Shown: positions 1 through 9,322 of the stretch, piece by piece
How positions within the stretch are numbered: position 1 is the first letter of the stretch
How the letters are laid out: each line of letters starts with the position of its first letter
NCBI GenBank assembly: GCA_049890095.1
Contig: JBMHCD010000008.1
Coordinates: 167,764-231,763 of the forward strand
DNA from: Flavobacteriales bacterium
Lineage (GTDB): Bacteria > Bacteroidota > Bacteroidia > Flavobacteriales > UBA7312
DNA: 64,000 bases
Reading direction: 5' to 3'
Notes under the pieces: model-generated
Told to the model about the DNA's origin: nothing
What the model saw: only the letters and a program-made list of their open reading frames with translations
The model's database searches: none
Program-made: the position numbers and the translations under genes

Positions 1-73
1 TAGACAAATCTTTATAAAAGAAAGCAATTCCTGCTCCTATTAAAACGGATGCGATTAAAACAATATAAAACAT
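1..73 (-). CDS. N-terminal fragment of a gene running off the left edge; hydrophobic helix MFYIVLIASVLIGAGIAFFYKDLS
   Basis: ATG at 73..71 on the minus strand, open to the window edge. Only 24 codons are visible, so no function can be assigned. Confidence 0.3.
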   Translation of the reverse strand, partial: MFYIVLIASVLIGAGIAFFYKDLS

Positions 74-80
74 ATAGTAA

Positions 81-791
81 TTATTTCTGTGCTAATATAA
101 TCAAGCGATTTGAATTATTGATGTCAAAATCGTTTAGATTATAATCTCCCCAAGTTTTTAATATTTTTAAACTAGAATTGTTTGTTAAATGGTTAAAATC
201 CTCCAAAGTTAAAACATTTACTTTTTCAAAAAAAGTGAATTTTTCATGGTCCGTAAACTGTATTTCTTTGATAATAAAGTTGTTTTCAACTTTTCGTTTT
301 AAATGAAATTCAATACCATCAATAGTTTTTATTTCATTTTGTACTAAATTATCAATCACTTTTTTAACGTTCATGAAATCGATGATAAGTTTACCTCCTT
401 TTTTTAAACTATTTGACATTGTGTTTACAGCTAACTGGTTGTCATTTTTATCATCAAAATATCCAAAACTGGTAAATAGGTTTAAGCATACATCGAAATG
501 ATTATTTATATAATCTTCTCTCATATCATGAACTTGAAAAGTTGCTGTACTATTATTTTTCTTTTTTGCATGCTCTATATTTCGTTTTGACAGATCTATA
601 CCATGTACATTAAAGCCTAAAGAATTAATGAACAAGGAATGCCTTCCTTTTCCACAAGCCAGATCTAAAAAAACATCACTTGCATTTGGATCAAGTTCTT
701 TCAATATATTACTTATAAAAAGTTTAGCTTCAGCTTCATTTCTGTTTTTATAAAGGGTATGATAATATTTTGTGTTAAACCAATTTTCCAT
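81..791 (-). CDS. class I SAM-dependent methyltransferase
   Basis: 236 aa ORF with SAM-binding motif I LDLACGKGRHS followed by an acidic loop (GIDLS). Typical Methyltransf_11/25-like layout. Confidence 0.8.
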   Translation of the reverse strand: MENWFNTKYYHTLYKNRNEAEAKLFISNILKELDPNASDVFLDLACGKGRHSLFINSLGFNVHGIDLSKRNIEHAKKKNNSTATFQVHDMREDYINNHFDVCLNLFTSFGYFDDKNDNQLAVNTMSNSLKKGGKLIIDFMNVKKVIDNLVQNEIKTIDGIEFHLKRKVENNFIIKEIQFTDHEKFTFFEKVNVLTLEDFNHLTNNSSLKILKTWGDYNLNDFDINNSNRLIILAQK

Positions 792-795
792 TTTT

Positions 796-803
796 CAAAT
801 ATA
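796..803 (-). promoter_or_regulatory. Bacteroidota -7 box TATATTTG (plus strand CAAATATA) for the 81..791 gene
   Basis: Exact TAnnTTTG match. It ends 4 nt before the ATG at 791. Confidence 0.45.
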
Positions 804-827
804 TAGCATCTAAAGGATTTAAATGAC

Positions 828-835
828 TAAATTTG
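828..835 (+). promoter_or_regulatory. Bacteroidota -7 box TAAATTTG for the THUMP methyltransferase gene
   Basis: Exact TAnnTTTG match. It ends 4 nt before the ATG at 840 and 31 nt before the alternative ATG at 867. Confidence 0.45.
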
Positions 836-839
836 TTAA

Positions 840-2018
840 ATGAATTTAAATCACGTCAATTTTGAAATGATTGCTAAAACGCAATTGGGTTTAGAAGAAG
901 TTTTAGCAAAAGAATTAAAAGATTTAGGAGCTCAAAATGTTAAAGAGTTGAATAGAGCAGTTAGTTTTGTTGGAGATTTGGGCTTTATGTATAAGGCAAA
1001 TTTAAATTTACGAACAGCAATTAGAATTTTAAAGCCCATTTATCAATTTTCTGCAAGAAAGGAGGACCAGCTTTATAATGAGACTTATAAATTTGATTGG
1101 TCAAAATATATAAATGTAGAAAACACTATTGCTGTTAATGCAGCAGTGCATTCCGATTTTTTTAATCACAGTCATTATGTATCTTTAAAAGTAAAAGATG
1201 CTATTGTTGATTTTTTTAGAGACCTTACAAAAGGTAAAAGACCGAATGTAGATACTAAAAATCCAGATGTTAGAATTAACATACACATCTCAAATGATAA
1301 ATGTAATATTTCCTTAGATAGTTCTGGAGATTCTTTGCATAAAAGAGGGTATAGGCACGTTACTAATCAGGCACCAATAAGCGAAGTCTTAGCCGCAGGA
1401 TTAATTTTGTTGAGCGATTGGGACAAAAAAAGTGATTTTCTAGATCCAATGTGTGGTTCTGGTACATTATTAATAGAAGCTGCAATGATAGCTTGTAATA
1501 TACCTGCTTCTTTACACAGAAAAAAATTCGGTTTTATGACATGGCCCGATTATGATGAAGAATTATGGAATACCATAAAAGAATCTTCACTAAACAAAAC
1601 AATCGAATTTGAAGGAAAAATAACAGGTTGTGATAGTTCTTTTGCATCATTGAGAAAGGCAGAGTCGAATGTACGTGATGCAATGCTAGATGATATTATA
1701 AAAATAAAAAGAGCTAATTTCTTTAGACATCCTGAGTTGTTTGATACTACTGGTACTATTGTTTTCAACCCTCCTTATGGAGAACGTTTAAATGTTGATG
1801 TAATCGATCTGTATAAAAAAATAGGGGATACCTTTAAAAAGCATTATGCTGGGTCTACTGCCTGGTTAATTACTTCAGATATGGAAGCGGTTGATAACAT
1901 TAACTTGAGACATACAAGGAGAATTAAATTATTTAACGGTCAGCTTGAATGTAGATTTTTGAGATATCAAATGTACGAAGGCACAAAAAAATTACACAAA
2001 AAAAAAACAACTGAATAA
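840..2018 (+). CDS. THUMP-domain class I SAM-dependent RNA (m2G-type) methyltransferase, UPF0020/RlmL-like
   Basis: 392 aa. THUMP-like N-terminal half, motif I DPMCGSGTLLIEAA and motif IV FNPPYGERL. The start could be ATG 867 (MIAKTQLGLEEV) instead of 840. Confidence 0.85.
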   Translation: MNLNHVNFEMIAKTQLGLEEVLAKELKDLGAQNVKELNRAVSFVGDLGFMYKANLNLRTAIRILKPIYQFSARKEDQLYNETYKFDWSKYINVENTIAVNAAVHSDFFNHSHYVSLKVKDAIVDFFRDLTKGKRPNVDTKNPDVRINIHISNDKCNISLDSSGDSLHKRGYRHVTNQAPISEVLAAGLILLSDWDKKSDFLDPMCGSGTLLIEAAMIACNIPASLHRKKFGFMTWPDYDEELWNTIKESSLNKTIEFEGKITGCDSSFASLRKAESNVRDAMLDDIIKIKRANFFRHPELFDTTGTIVFNPPYGERLNVDVIDLYKKIGDTFKKHYAGSTAWLITSDMEAVDNINLRHTRRIKLFNGQLECRFLRYQMYEGTKKLHKKKTTE

Positions 2019-2038
2019 TTTCAGTTGCTTTTCTTTTT
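2000..2038. terminator. bidirectional rho-independent terminator between convergent genes
   Basis: Stem CAACTGAA (2008-2015) / TTCAGTTG (2020-2027) with loop TAAT, which contains the stop codon. An A-run lies upstream and a T-rich tract downstream. Confidence 0.65.
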
Positions 2039-2048
2039 AGGTGAAAGT

Positions 2049-4145
2049 TTATTTTAATTCTTGTGCTTTTTTAATTGAAATCTCTTCGTTATTGTAGAAT
2101 GCAATTACATAGCTATCAGAATAACCTTTGGCTTTCATTTCATTCATTTTAAACATTGCAGCTTGAATATTAGTAAACGTTCCGATAGAGAATCTAATCA
2201 AACCATTTTCCATATTTTCTTTTTCAATATTATCTATTTCTGAGTATTCAGTAATTTTTGATTTATCATTTAACCCAAATACTCCTAGTTGAACTTTGTA
2301 AATAACGTCTCCGAATACTGGAGGAGCATTCGATTCTAAACCGTAGTCCATATATTCTTCAGCATCTACAATTTGTCCACTTTTGAGAGCAATAACTTTT
2401 GCATTTTCATATATGTAAAGTTCGTTACGGTGTTCTAAAGCTTTTTCATAAGATGAAAAACCACCTGAGAACAGGTGTTTGAAACCATTTTTACCCTCAA
2501 ATACGATTAAGTCTTCAACATCCCAAAAATCTAAATCAACTTCTTTGAACATACCAAGTTGTACTCTGAATACAATAGATTCAAGAGGGGGTAAGTCTTT
2601 TAGTTTTGCAGAGTTTCTTAAGTTCTGCTCTCTATTGATTTCATCATTACTAACCAGTCTTAAATCTCCTTGCTTATCCTCAATCACTACAGAATTAGGA
2701 TAACCACTAATGATAAGTTGATTTTGTTTTTGTCTGGCAACTAATAGGTCGTCGTATTCTCCACTAAAGTAAATTACATCATCATTTTCTTTAGTACTTT
2801 TAATATCTACAATACTCATTAATTTGTTAATCTCACCAGCTTCTAATTGCATTTTAGATTTTAATATTTGGATTTTATAAACAATATCAGAACCTACGTC
2901 AAATTGTGTTGAAGTTGTAACTTCATTGATGTATTCTTTTTGTTGATTAATGATATCTTGATATATTTTTGGTTTGTAAAGATCAATTTTCAAAGTGTCT
3001 CCAACGGAGTTTATCAAATCTTTTGATATTTTAACAAACCTATCAGTAGGATAATTATCTTTTATGTATTCAACAGCTTCTTGTCTACTTGTCGAATTTT
3101 GATACTTAAGAAATAATATTTCACCCATCTCATTGGTTAGTTGAACTCCATTTGAGTTTACAACTGCACCTTTTGGTGTATTGGCCTCCTTATCTTTATA
3201 ATCAGGCACTCCATCAAAGTCAGTATCTATGGCACATCCTTTATTATCCACTTTAACTCCTCTTGGTGTTTCAGGACAAAAATCATTGATATCTTTAACA
3301 CCATCATAATCTGTATCTTCATTATCAATGATATCGAAGTTTACAGAATTGTCTTCATACGTATTTAGAGGAATTTCCTCTTCACATTCATAACAAAATA
3401 AATCATAATTGATAGAAGCTGAAGTCACAACATAACTGTCATTACCATCAATTTCAACATTGTCTATAAAATCAGTATTAGTGAGATGAATTGAAGATTC
3501 AAATTTTAAATTTAATCGATCATTAACATTAAAATTCAAACCTAAAGACAATGGAATTTCGATTCCTTTCTGGCTATATTTTTCACCAGTTTGTAAATTG
3601 TATTGAGTAAGTAGGTCAATTTCATAAACATCAGTTGTAGCATCGTTAGATCCTTTAGAATCAAAATTTAGATAACTTAATCCAAAACTAACATATGGTC
3701 TAAGCCTTGAATTTTTAAAGATATTTTTGAAGTTGTAATCAAAGTTTATTCCTATGGTGTTCACTTTGCTGAGAAAATTCGATGGTTGATCAGCTACAGT
3801 GGTTCCGTCAACTCTTAAAGTTCCTTCTTGCATAAATACTGTAGCATCGAAAAAATCATTAAGATTAGTAGTAAGACCAACTTTAAAACCTGGTCTACTG
3901 ATTACACCTGTATTTCTAGTGTCCGAAATATCACCACTAAAGTTAAAGTTACCAAACCCTAAATAAATCTTAGGTTGAAATTTTGTTTGGTGTTCATGCT
4001 TTGTTTTTACAGGAATTGTTCCGTTTTCATTTAAAGATGTCGTGTCCTTGTATTGATATTGAGTATACTGTGGACCCGGAATTTGTGCCCAAGCAGCTAC
4101 AGTAAATACAATTAGTAAAGATAATGTTAGCAAATGCCTAACCAT
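2049..4145 (-). CDS. outer-membrane protein: signal peptide, OmpA-like beta-barrel, thrombospondin type-3 Ca-binding repeats, three SPOR-like repeats
   Basis: 698 aa. Signal peptide ending AAWAQ. The barrel shows an alternating aromatic/polar strand pattern (res ~55-250). TSP3 motifs: DTDYDGVKDINDFCPETPRG and DTDFDGVPDYKDKEANTPKG. C-terminal repeats begin IVYKIQIL, IVFRVQLGMF and VIYKVQLGVF. Confidence 0.7.
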   Translation of the reverse strand: MVRHLLTLSLLIVFTVAAWAQIPGPQYTQYQYKDTTSLNENGTIPVKTKHEHQTKFQPKIYLGFGNFNFSGDISDTRNTGVISRPGFKVGLTTNLNDFFDATVFMQEGTLRVDGTTVADQPSNFLSKVNTIGINFDYNFKNIFKNSRLRPYVSFGLSYLNFDSKGSNDATTDVYEIDLLTQYNLQTGEKYSQKGIEIPLSLGLNFNVNDRLNLKFESSIHLTNTDFIDNVEIDGNDSYVVTSASINYDLFCYECEEEIPLNTYEDNSVNFDIIDNEDTDYDGVKDINDFCPETPRGVKVDNKGCAIDTDFDGVPDYKDKEANTPKGAVVNSNGVQLTNEMGEILFLKYQNSTSRQEAVEYIKDNYPTDRFVKISKDLINSVGDTLKIDLYKPKIYQDIINQQKEYINEVTTSTQFDVGSDIVYKIQILKSKMQLEAGEINKLMSIVDIKSTKENDDVIYFSGEYDDLLVARQKQNQLIISGYPNSVVIEDKQGDLRLVSNDEINREQNLRNSAKLKDLPPLESIVFRVQLGMFKEVDLDFWDVEDLIVFEGKNGFKHLFSGGFSSYEKALEHRNELYIYENAKVIALKSGQIVDAEEYMDYGLESNAPPVFGDVIYKVQLGVFGLNDKSKITEYSEIDNIEKENMENGLIRFSIGTFTNIQAAMFKMNEMKAKGYSDSYVIAFYNNEEISIKKAQELK

Positions 4146-4194
4146 AACTATGTAAAATTTTATGGTTGTAAAGCTAACAAATTTTCCTTAAAAA

Positions 4195-4896
4195 TTAGAA
4201 ATTAGGTTTTAGCAAATATTTAGAGTAAAATTCATCAATTTTTGAAACTGCTTCTTCGGGTGTGTCAACAAGGCTAAAAAGGTCCAAATCTTCTGGACTT
4301 ATGTTTTTTTCTTGATCAAGCATTGTTTCTTTAATCCAATCAATTAATCCAGCCCAATATTTTTTGCCTACCAAAACAATTGGAAATGCTCCAATTTTTT
4401 GAGTTTGAATTAAGGTTAGTGCTTCGAACATTTCATCTAATGTACCAACACCACCCGGCATAATGATAAAGCCTTGTGCATATTTCATAAACATAACTTT
4501 TCGTACAAAGAAGTAATCAAAATTTAATAGTTTATCTTTATCTATAAAATCGTTTGCTTTTTGTTCAAATGGAAGGTCAATGTTTAATCCAACAGACTTA
4601 CCATTACCTCTTTCGGCTCCTTTATTTCCTGCTTCCATAATTCCTAATCCGCCTCCAGTAATAACTCCATATCCTTTTTTGGTGAGTAAATAAGCGATCA
4701 TTTCTGCCTGTTTGTAGTAGGGGTTATCGGGTTTTGTTCTTGCAGAACCAAAGATAGAAACGCATGGTCCTATTTTAGATAGTTTTTCGAATCCTTCAAC
4801 AAATTCCGACATAATTTTAAAAATTTGCCACGAATCAGATGTTTTTAAATCGTTCCAACTTTTGTCGTTAAAAGCTTTTTGAATTTTGTTTTCCAT
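4195..4896 (-). CDS. LOG family / TIGR00730 Rossmann-fold nucleotide phosphoribohydrolase
   Basis: 233 aa with GGGLGIMEA and PGGVGTLDE (the PGGxGTxxE LOG signature). Confidence 0.85.
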   Translation of the reverse strand: MENKIQKAFNDKSWNDLKTSDSWQIFKIMSEFVEGFEKLSKIGPCVSIFGSARTKPDNPYYKQAEMIAYLLTKKGYGVITGGGLGIMEAGNKGAERGNGKSVGLNIDLPFEQKANDFIDKDKLLNFDYFFVRKVMFMKYAQGFIIMPGGVGTLDEMFEALTLIQTQKIGAFPIVLVGKKYWAGLIDWIKETMLDQEKNISPEDLDLFSLVDTPEEAVSKIDEFYSKYLLKPNF

Positions 4897-4910
4897 AATT
4901 AAGGTAGTTT

Positions 4911-7730
4911 TTAAAGTTCGTATTTAAGGAATTGGGCTGTATAGCCTATGTTATCTTTTACGATTTTTTCAGGGCTTCCGTTACATAGTATATTTCCTCC
5001 GTCATCTCCACCTTCTGGTCCTATATCAATTATGTGGTCAGCAATTTTTATAACATCCATATTGTGTTCAATAATTACTATGGTATTACCTAAATCTACT
5101 AACTTATTTATTACTCCTATTAGTACATTTACATCTTCAAAATGCAAACCTGTTGTCGGTTCGTCTAATATATAAAATGTTTTTCCTGTATTCTTTTTAG
5201 ATAGTTCACTGGCAAGTTTTATTCTTTGAGCTTCTCCACCTGAAAGAGTTGTAGATTGTTGGCCTAGTTTTATATAACCTAAACCAACATCTTTTAATGT
5301 ATTTATTTTTTGTGCAATTTTAGGAATGGACTGGAAAAAAACAACAGCTTCATTTATAGTCATGTTAAGTACATCGGCGATAGATTTACCTTTAAATCGA
5401 ACTTCTAAGGTTTCTCGATTATAACGCATACCATTACACTCTTCACAATCAACATGTACATCTGGAAGGAAATTCATTTCGATGGTTTTAACTCCAGCTC
5501 CTTGACAATTTTCGCAACGACCACCCTTAACATTAAAGGAAAAGCGACCAAGTTTATAACCTCTTGCTTTAGATTCTTGAAGATTGGTAAAAAGAGCTCT
5601 TATCTCAGAAAATACTCCAGTATATGTAGCAGGATTTGATCGAGGCGTTTTGCCTATTGGAGATTGATTAACTTCAATAACTTTATCGATGTATTCTATT
5701 CCCTCAATGTAATCATACTCTAAAGGTTTTTTGACACTATTGAAGAAATGTTGATTCAGTATGGGATAAAGGGTTCCGTTTATTAATGAACTTTTTCCAG
5801 AACCAGAAACTCCAGTAACACAAATAATTTTCCCTAATGGAAAATCGACATTTATACTTTTCAAGTTATTTCCTCTTGCACCTTTCAAGCTTATTTTTTT
5901 GCCATTTCCTTTCCGTCTGGTTTTAGGCACTTCGATTTTTAGCTCATCCGTAAGATATTGGACCGTTGTCGATTTACTTTTTTTAAAGTCTTTTAATTTA
6001 CCTTCAGCAATTATTTCTCCACCAAATTTTCCTGCTCCAGGTCCAACATCAACAATGTAATCAGAGGAAAGGATCATGTCCTTATCGTGTTCTACAACTA
6101 TTACCGAGTTTCCAACATCTCTCAAATCTTTTAGAGATTGAATTAATTTTTGATTATCTCTTTGATGAAGTCCTATGCTAGGTTCATCTAAAATATATAA
6201 AACATCTGTTAGCTGTGAACCTATTTGCGTTGCTAGTCTGATACGTTGACTTTCACCTCCTGAGAGTGTTTTTGCAGTTCTATCCAACGACAAATAATCT
6301 AGTCCAACATCCAAAAGAAATTGAATTCGTTTGTTTAATTCTTTTAATATTTCATTAGAAATAATCAGTTGTTTTTGATCTAGTTTTGAAGGTAAGTCCG
6401 TAATCCATTCTTTGAGAGATTTTATATTTTTTTGTGCGAGTTGAGAAATGTTTTGACCATCAATTAAAAAATGTTGTGATTCAATGTTTAGTCTTGATCC
6501 ATGACAACTTTCGCAAGCTATATTTATCATGTATTCTTTTGCCCATCTTCTTAATTTAGGCGATGAAGAATGAAAAAATTGATCTTCAATAAAACTAGCA
6601 ATTCCTTCAAATTGGATTTTATATGTTTTCTTTAATCCAGCATTTTTTAGATTAACTTCAAAAGATTCTTTTAAACCATATAAAATAGCATTCATTGCTT
6701 CTTTTGGAATTTCGGAAATAGGGGTGTTGAGAGAAAAATTAAATCGTTTAGAAATATTTTCAATTTGTTGGTTTATCCAGCTACTATCTTTTTCTTCTAT
6801 TGGTTTAATTGCTCCAGATTTTATACTCAAATTTCGATTGGGTATAATTTTATTTATGTCAATCACATTAACATTTCCTAAACCATTACATTTCTGACAT
6901 GCTCCTTTTGGTGAATTAAACGAAAAGCTATTTGGTTCTGGCTTGGCATAAGCGATACCTGTGGATGGGCACATCAATTTTCGGCTAAAAAATCGCACAT
7001 TATTGTTTTCCATATCCAGACTCATCATCATTCCCTTTCCGTATTTCATGGCTATGGAAATGGATTCTTTTATACGATCTCGATTTTCTTCATTAACAAT
7101 TAGTCTATCAACAACTATTTCTATATCATGTGTTTTAAATCGATCCAGTTTCATGCCAGATGTAACTTCAACGATTTGGCCATTCACCCTTACCTTAATA
7201 AATCCTTGTTTGGATACTTGCTCAAATAATTCACGATAATGCCCTTTTCGTGCTCTAACTACAGGTGCAAGAATGATCGTTTTTCTGTTTTCTAATTCAT
7301 TTAAAATGATGGAGATAATTTCTTCATCCGAAAAAGAAATCATTTTTTCGCCAGTTTTGTAAGAGTAAGCATAAGAACCTCGGGCGTAGAGTAATCTTAA
7401 AAAATCGTAGATTTCCGTAATTGTTCCAACAGTCGAACGTGGGTTTTTGCTAGTCGTTTTTTGTTCAATTGATATTACAGGACTAAGACCGGTAATTTTA
7501 TCCACTTTTGGACGTTCTAGACCACCTAAAAATTGTCTAGCATAAGCAGAAAAAGTTTCGATATATCTTCTTTGACCCTCAGCATATATTGTATCAAAGG
7601 CTAAAGAAGATTTACCACTTCCACTTAATCCTGTAATTACCACCAACTTATTTCTTGGTAAAGAAATACTGACGTTTTTCAGATTATTTTCGTTTGCACC
7701 GTATATATTTAAGGTCTCGTCTTGTTTCAT
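4911..7730 (-). CDS. uvrA: excinuclease ABC subunit A
   Basis: 939 aa. Two ABC ATPase modules (GLSGSGKSS, GVSGSGKSS; LSGGESQR, LSGGEAQR) and zinc-finger Cys clusters (CxxC). Confidence 0.97.
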   Translation of the reverse strand: MKQDETLNIYGANENNLKNVSISLPRNKLVVITGLSGSGKSSLAFDTIYAEGQRRYIETFSAYARQFLGGLERPKVDKITGLSPVISIEQKTTSKNPRSTVGTITEIYDFLRLLYARGSYAYSYKTGEKMISFSDEEIISIILNELENRKTIILAPVVRARKGHYRELFEQVSKQGFIKVRVNGQIVEVTSGMKLDRFKTHDIEIVVDRLIVNEENRDRIKESISIAMKYGKGMMMSLDMENNNVRFFSRKLMCPSTGIAYAKPEPNSFSFNSPKGACQKCNGLGNVNVIDINKIIPNRNLSIKSGAIKPIEEKDSSWINQQIENISKRFNFSLNTPISEIPKEAMNAILYGLKESFEVNLKNAGLKKTYKIQFEGIASFIEDQFFHSSSPKLRRWAKEYMINIACESCHGSRLNIESQHFLIDGQNISQLAQKNIKSLKEWITDLPSKLDQKQLIISNEILKELNKRIQFLLDVGLDYLSLDRTAKTLSGGESQRIRLATQIGSQLTDVLYILDEPSIGLHQRDNQKLIQSLKDLRDVGNSVIVVEHDKDMILSSDYIVDVGPGAGKFGGEIIAEGKLKDFKKSKSTTVQYLTDELKIEVPKTRRKGNGKKISLKGARGNNLKSINVDFPLGKIICVTGVSGSGKSSLINGTLYPILNQHFFNSVKKPLEYDYIEGIEYIDKVIEVNQSPIGKTPRSNPATYTGVFSEIRALFTNLQESKARGYKLGRFSFNVKGGRCENCQGAGVKTIEMNFLPDVHVDCEECNGMRYNRETLEVRFKGKSIADVLNMTINEAVVFFQSIPKIAQKINTLKDVGLGYIKLGQQSTTLSGGEAQRIKLASELSKKNTGKTFYILDEPTTGLHFEDVNVLIGVINKLVDLGNTIVIIEHNMDVIKIADHIIDIGPEGGDDGGNILCNGSPEKIVKDNIGYTAQFLKYEL

Positions 7731-7735
7731 TTATA

Positions 7736-8686
7736 TTAAATGGTATCCTTTTTAGTTTGGTTAAATGTATAAGTACCTTCTTTCGGAATTTTAATAAAAT
7801 ACTCTCTTCTAGATTTGTTGGGTAAGTATGCTTGTCTTAACCATGGATTATGAAGTTTTAAAACTTTATAATTTATAGCATGCAATTGTGCAAAATCAGC
7901 GAGGTTAGAAACTGTTGTGTCCACTCTAACTTCTTTACATTCAATTGCCTGGTAATAGTCGCTTTTGATCAGATTAAAACCGTATTTTCTTGGGTTTTCT
8001 AAAATTTCTTTAATGGCTAAAATTCTAAATACATAACGAGATGTTTCTTGATTCAGAATTAAATCGTAATAATCGTTTTGCTTTTGGCGATTCAATTGCC
8101 TTTGAATTCCAGATTTACCCATGTTGTATGATGCAGCTGCTAGAGTCCAAGAACCAAATTTTTGGTAGGCACTATTTAAAAACTTGCATGCTGCATGGGT
8201 TGATTTTTCTAAATGATAACGTTCGTCTATGCCATCATTAACTTCCAATCCGTATTCTCTACCAGTACTTTTTAAAATTTGCCAAAATCCTTTTGCTCCA
8301 GCAGGGGAGGTTACATTCTCTAGACCACTTTCAATAAGTGCTAAGTATTTAAAATCATCAGGAATGTTATTCTCTTTTAATATTTGTTCGATGATTGGAA
8401 AATATTTTTTAGCTCTTTTTTGAAGCAATAATGTATTGGATTGCCAATACACGTTTTTTAATAATTCTTTATCATATCTCTCCCAAATATCAGGATTTTG
8501 AAGTGGTACTTCTTCATTACAAAAATCAAGTTTGTTTTTAGTTTTAGGAATAGCATATATATTATAATCTGAATTGAAAATTTTAAAAAAGTTCAACTCT
8601 TTTGAAAAAGTACTAGAATGGGAAGAGAATAAAATAGCTACAAAAATTGTAGCTAATGTTACTATAATATAATGTGTATTTTTCAT
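7736..8686 (-). CDS. lytic transglycosylase (SLT domain) with N-terminal signal/anchor
   Basis: 316 aa. Catalytic ES motif (LALIESGLEN) and AKGFWQI, followed by AASYNMG. Its start overlaps the rfbC stop by 1 nt. Confidence 0.8.
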   Translation of the reverse strand: MKNTHYIIVTLATIFVAILFSSHSSTFSKELNFFKIFNSDYNIYAIPKTKNKLDFCNEEVPLQNPDIWERYDKELLKNVYWQSNTLLLQKRAKKYFPIIEQILKENNIPDDFKYLALIESGLENVTSPAGAKGFWQILKSTGREYGLEVNDGIDERYHLEKSTHAACKFLNSAYQKFGSWTLAAASYNMGKSGIQRQLNRQKQNDYYDLILNQETSRYVFRILAIKEILENPRKYGFNLIKSDYYQAIECKEVRVDTTVSNLADFAQLHAINYKVLKLHNPWLRQAYLPNKSRREYFIKIPKEGTYTFNQTKKDTI

Positions 8687-9228
8687 TAAAATGGACTATT
8701 AAATTTTTTAAATGGGGTACCAACTTTATCTTTTTCAGATATTATTGCGTCTGTTATATTCCAATCAATGTTTAGATCTTTATCATTCCATAAAATGGAT
8801 TGTTCTGATGGCTGATGATAATCTCCTGAACACTTGTAACTAAATATGGTTTGGTCTTCTAGAGTTAGAAAACCGTGTGCAAAACCTGGCGGTATCCAAA
8901 ACATAGTTTTGTTTTGTTCACTAAGCACAATAGAGAAATGCTTGCCAAAAGTTGGCGAAGATTTTCTGATATCCAATGCAACATCAAGAACACTTCCTTT
9001 TATTACTCTAACTAGTTTGCCTTGTTCGAATGGAGGGCTTTGAAAATGTAGGCCTCTAAGTACATTTTTGTTGGATAAGGATTGATTATCTTGAACAAAA
9101 TTGATGTTTAAGCCGATATTTTCAAAAGCATTTTTATTGTATGATTCATAAAAGTAACCTCTTTTATCTTCAAAAACTTTTGGCTGAATAATGAGTAAAC
9201 CCTCTATGTCTGTTTTGCTAATTTCCAT
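8686..9228 (-). CDS. rfbC: dTDP-4-dehydrorhamnose 3,5-epimerase
   Basis: 180 aa cupin with DKRGYFYE, RGLHFQ and PPGFAHGF motifs. Confidence 0.9.
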   Translation of the reverse strand: MEISKTDIEGLLIIQPKVFEDKRGYFYESYNKNAFENIGLNINFVQDNQSLSNKNVLRGLHFQSPPFEQGKLVRVIKGSVLDVALDIRKSSPTFGKHFSIVLSEQNKTMFWIPPGFAHGFLTLEDQTIFSYKCSGDYHQPSEQSILWNDKDLNIDWNITDAIISEKDKVGTPFKKFNSPF

Positions 9229-9298
9229 TCCTAAAAAATAAGGTGCTAAGTTAAAAAAACATCATTGAACTTATTACCAAAAAAAACATTTATTAAAC

Positions 9299-9306
9299 TA
9301 TATTTG
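9299..9306 (+). promoter_or_regulatory. -7 box TATATTTG upstream of the FKBP gene
   Basis: Exact TAnnTTTG match, 16 nt before the ATG at 9323. Confidence 0.5.
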
Positions 9307-9322
9307 CACAAAATTTAAACAA

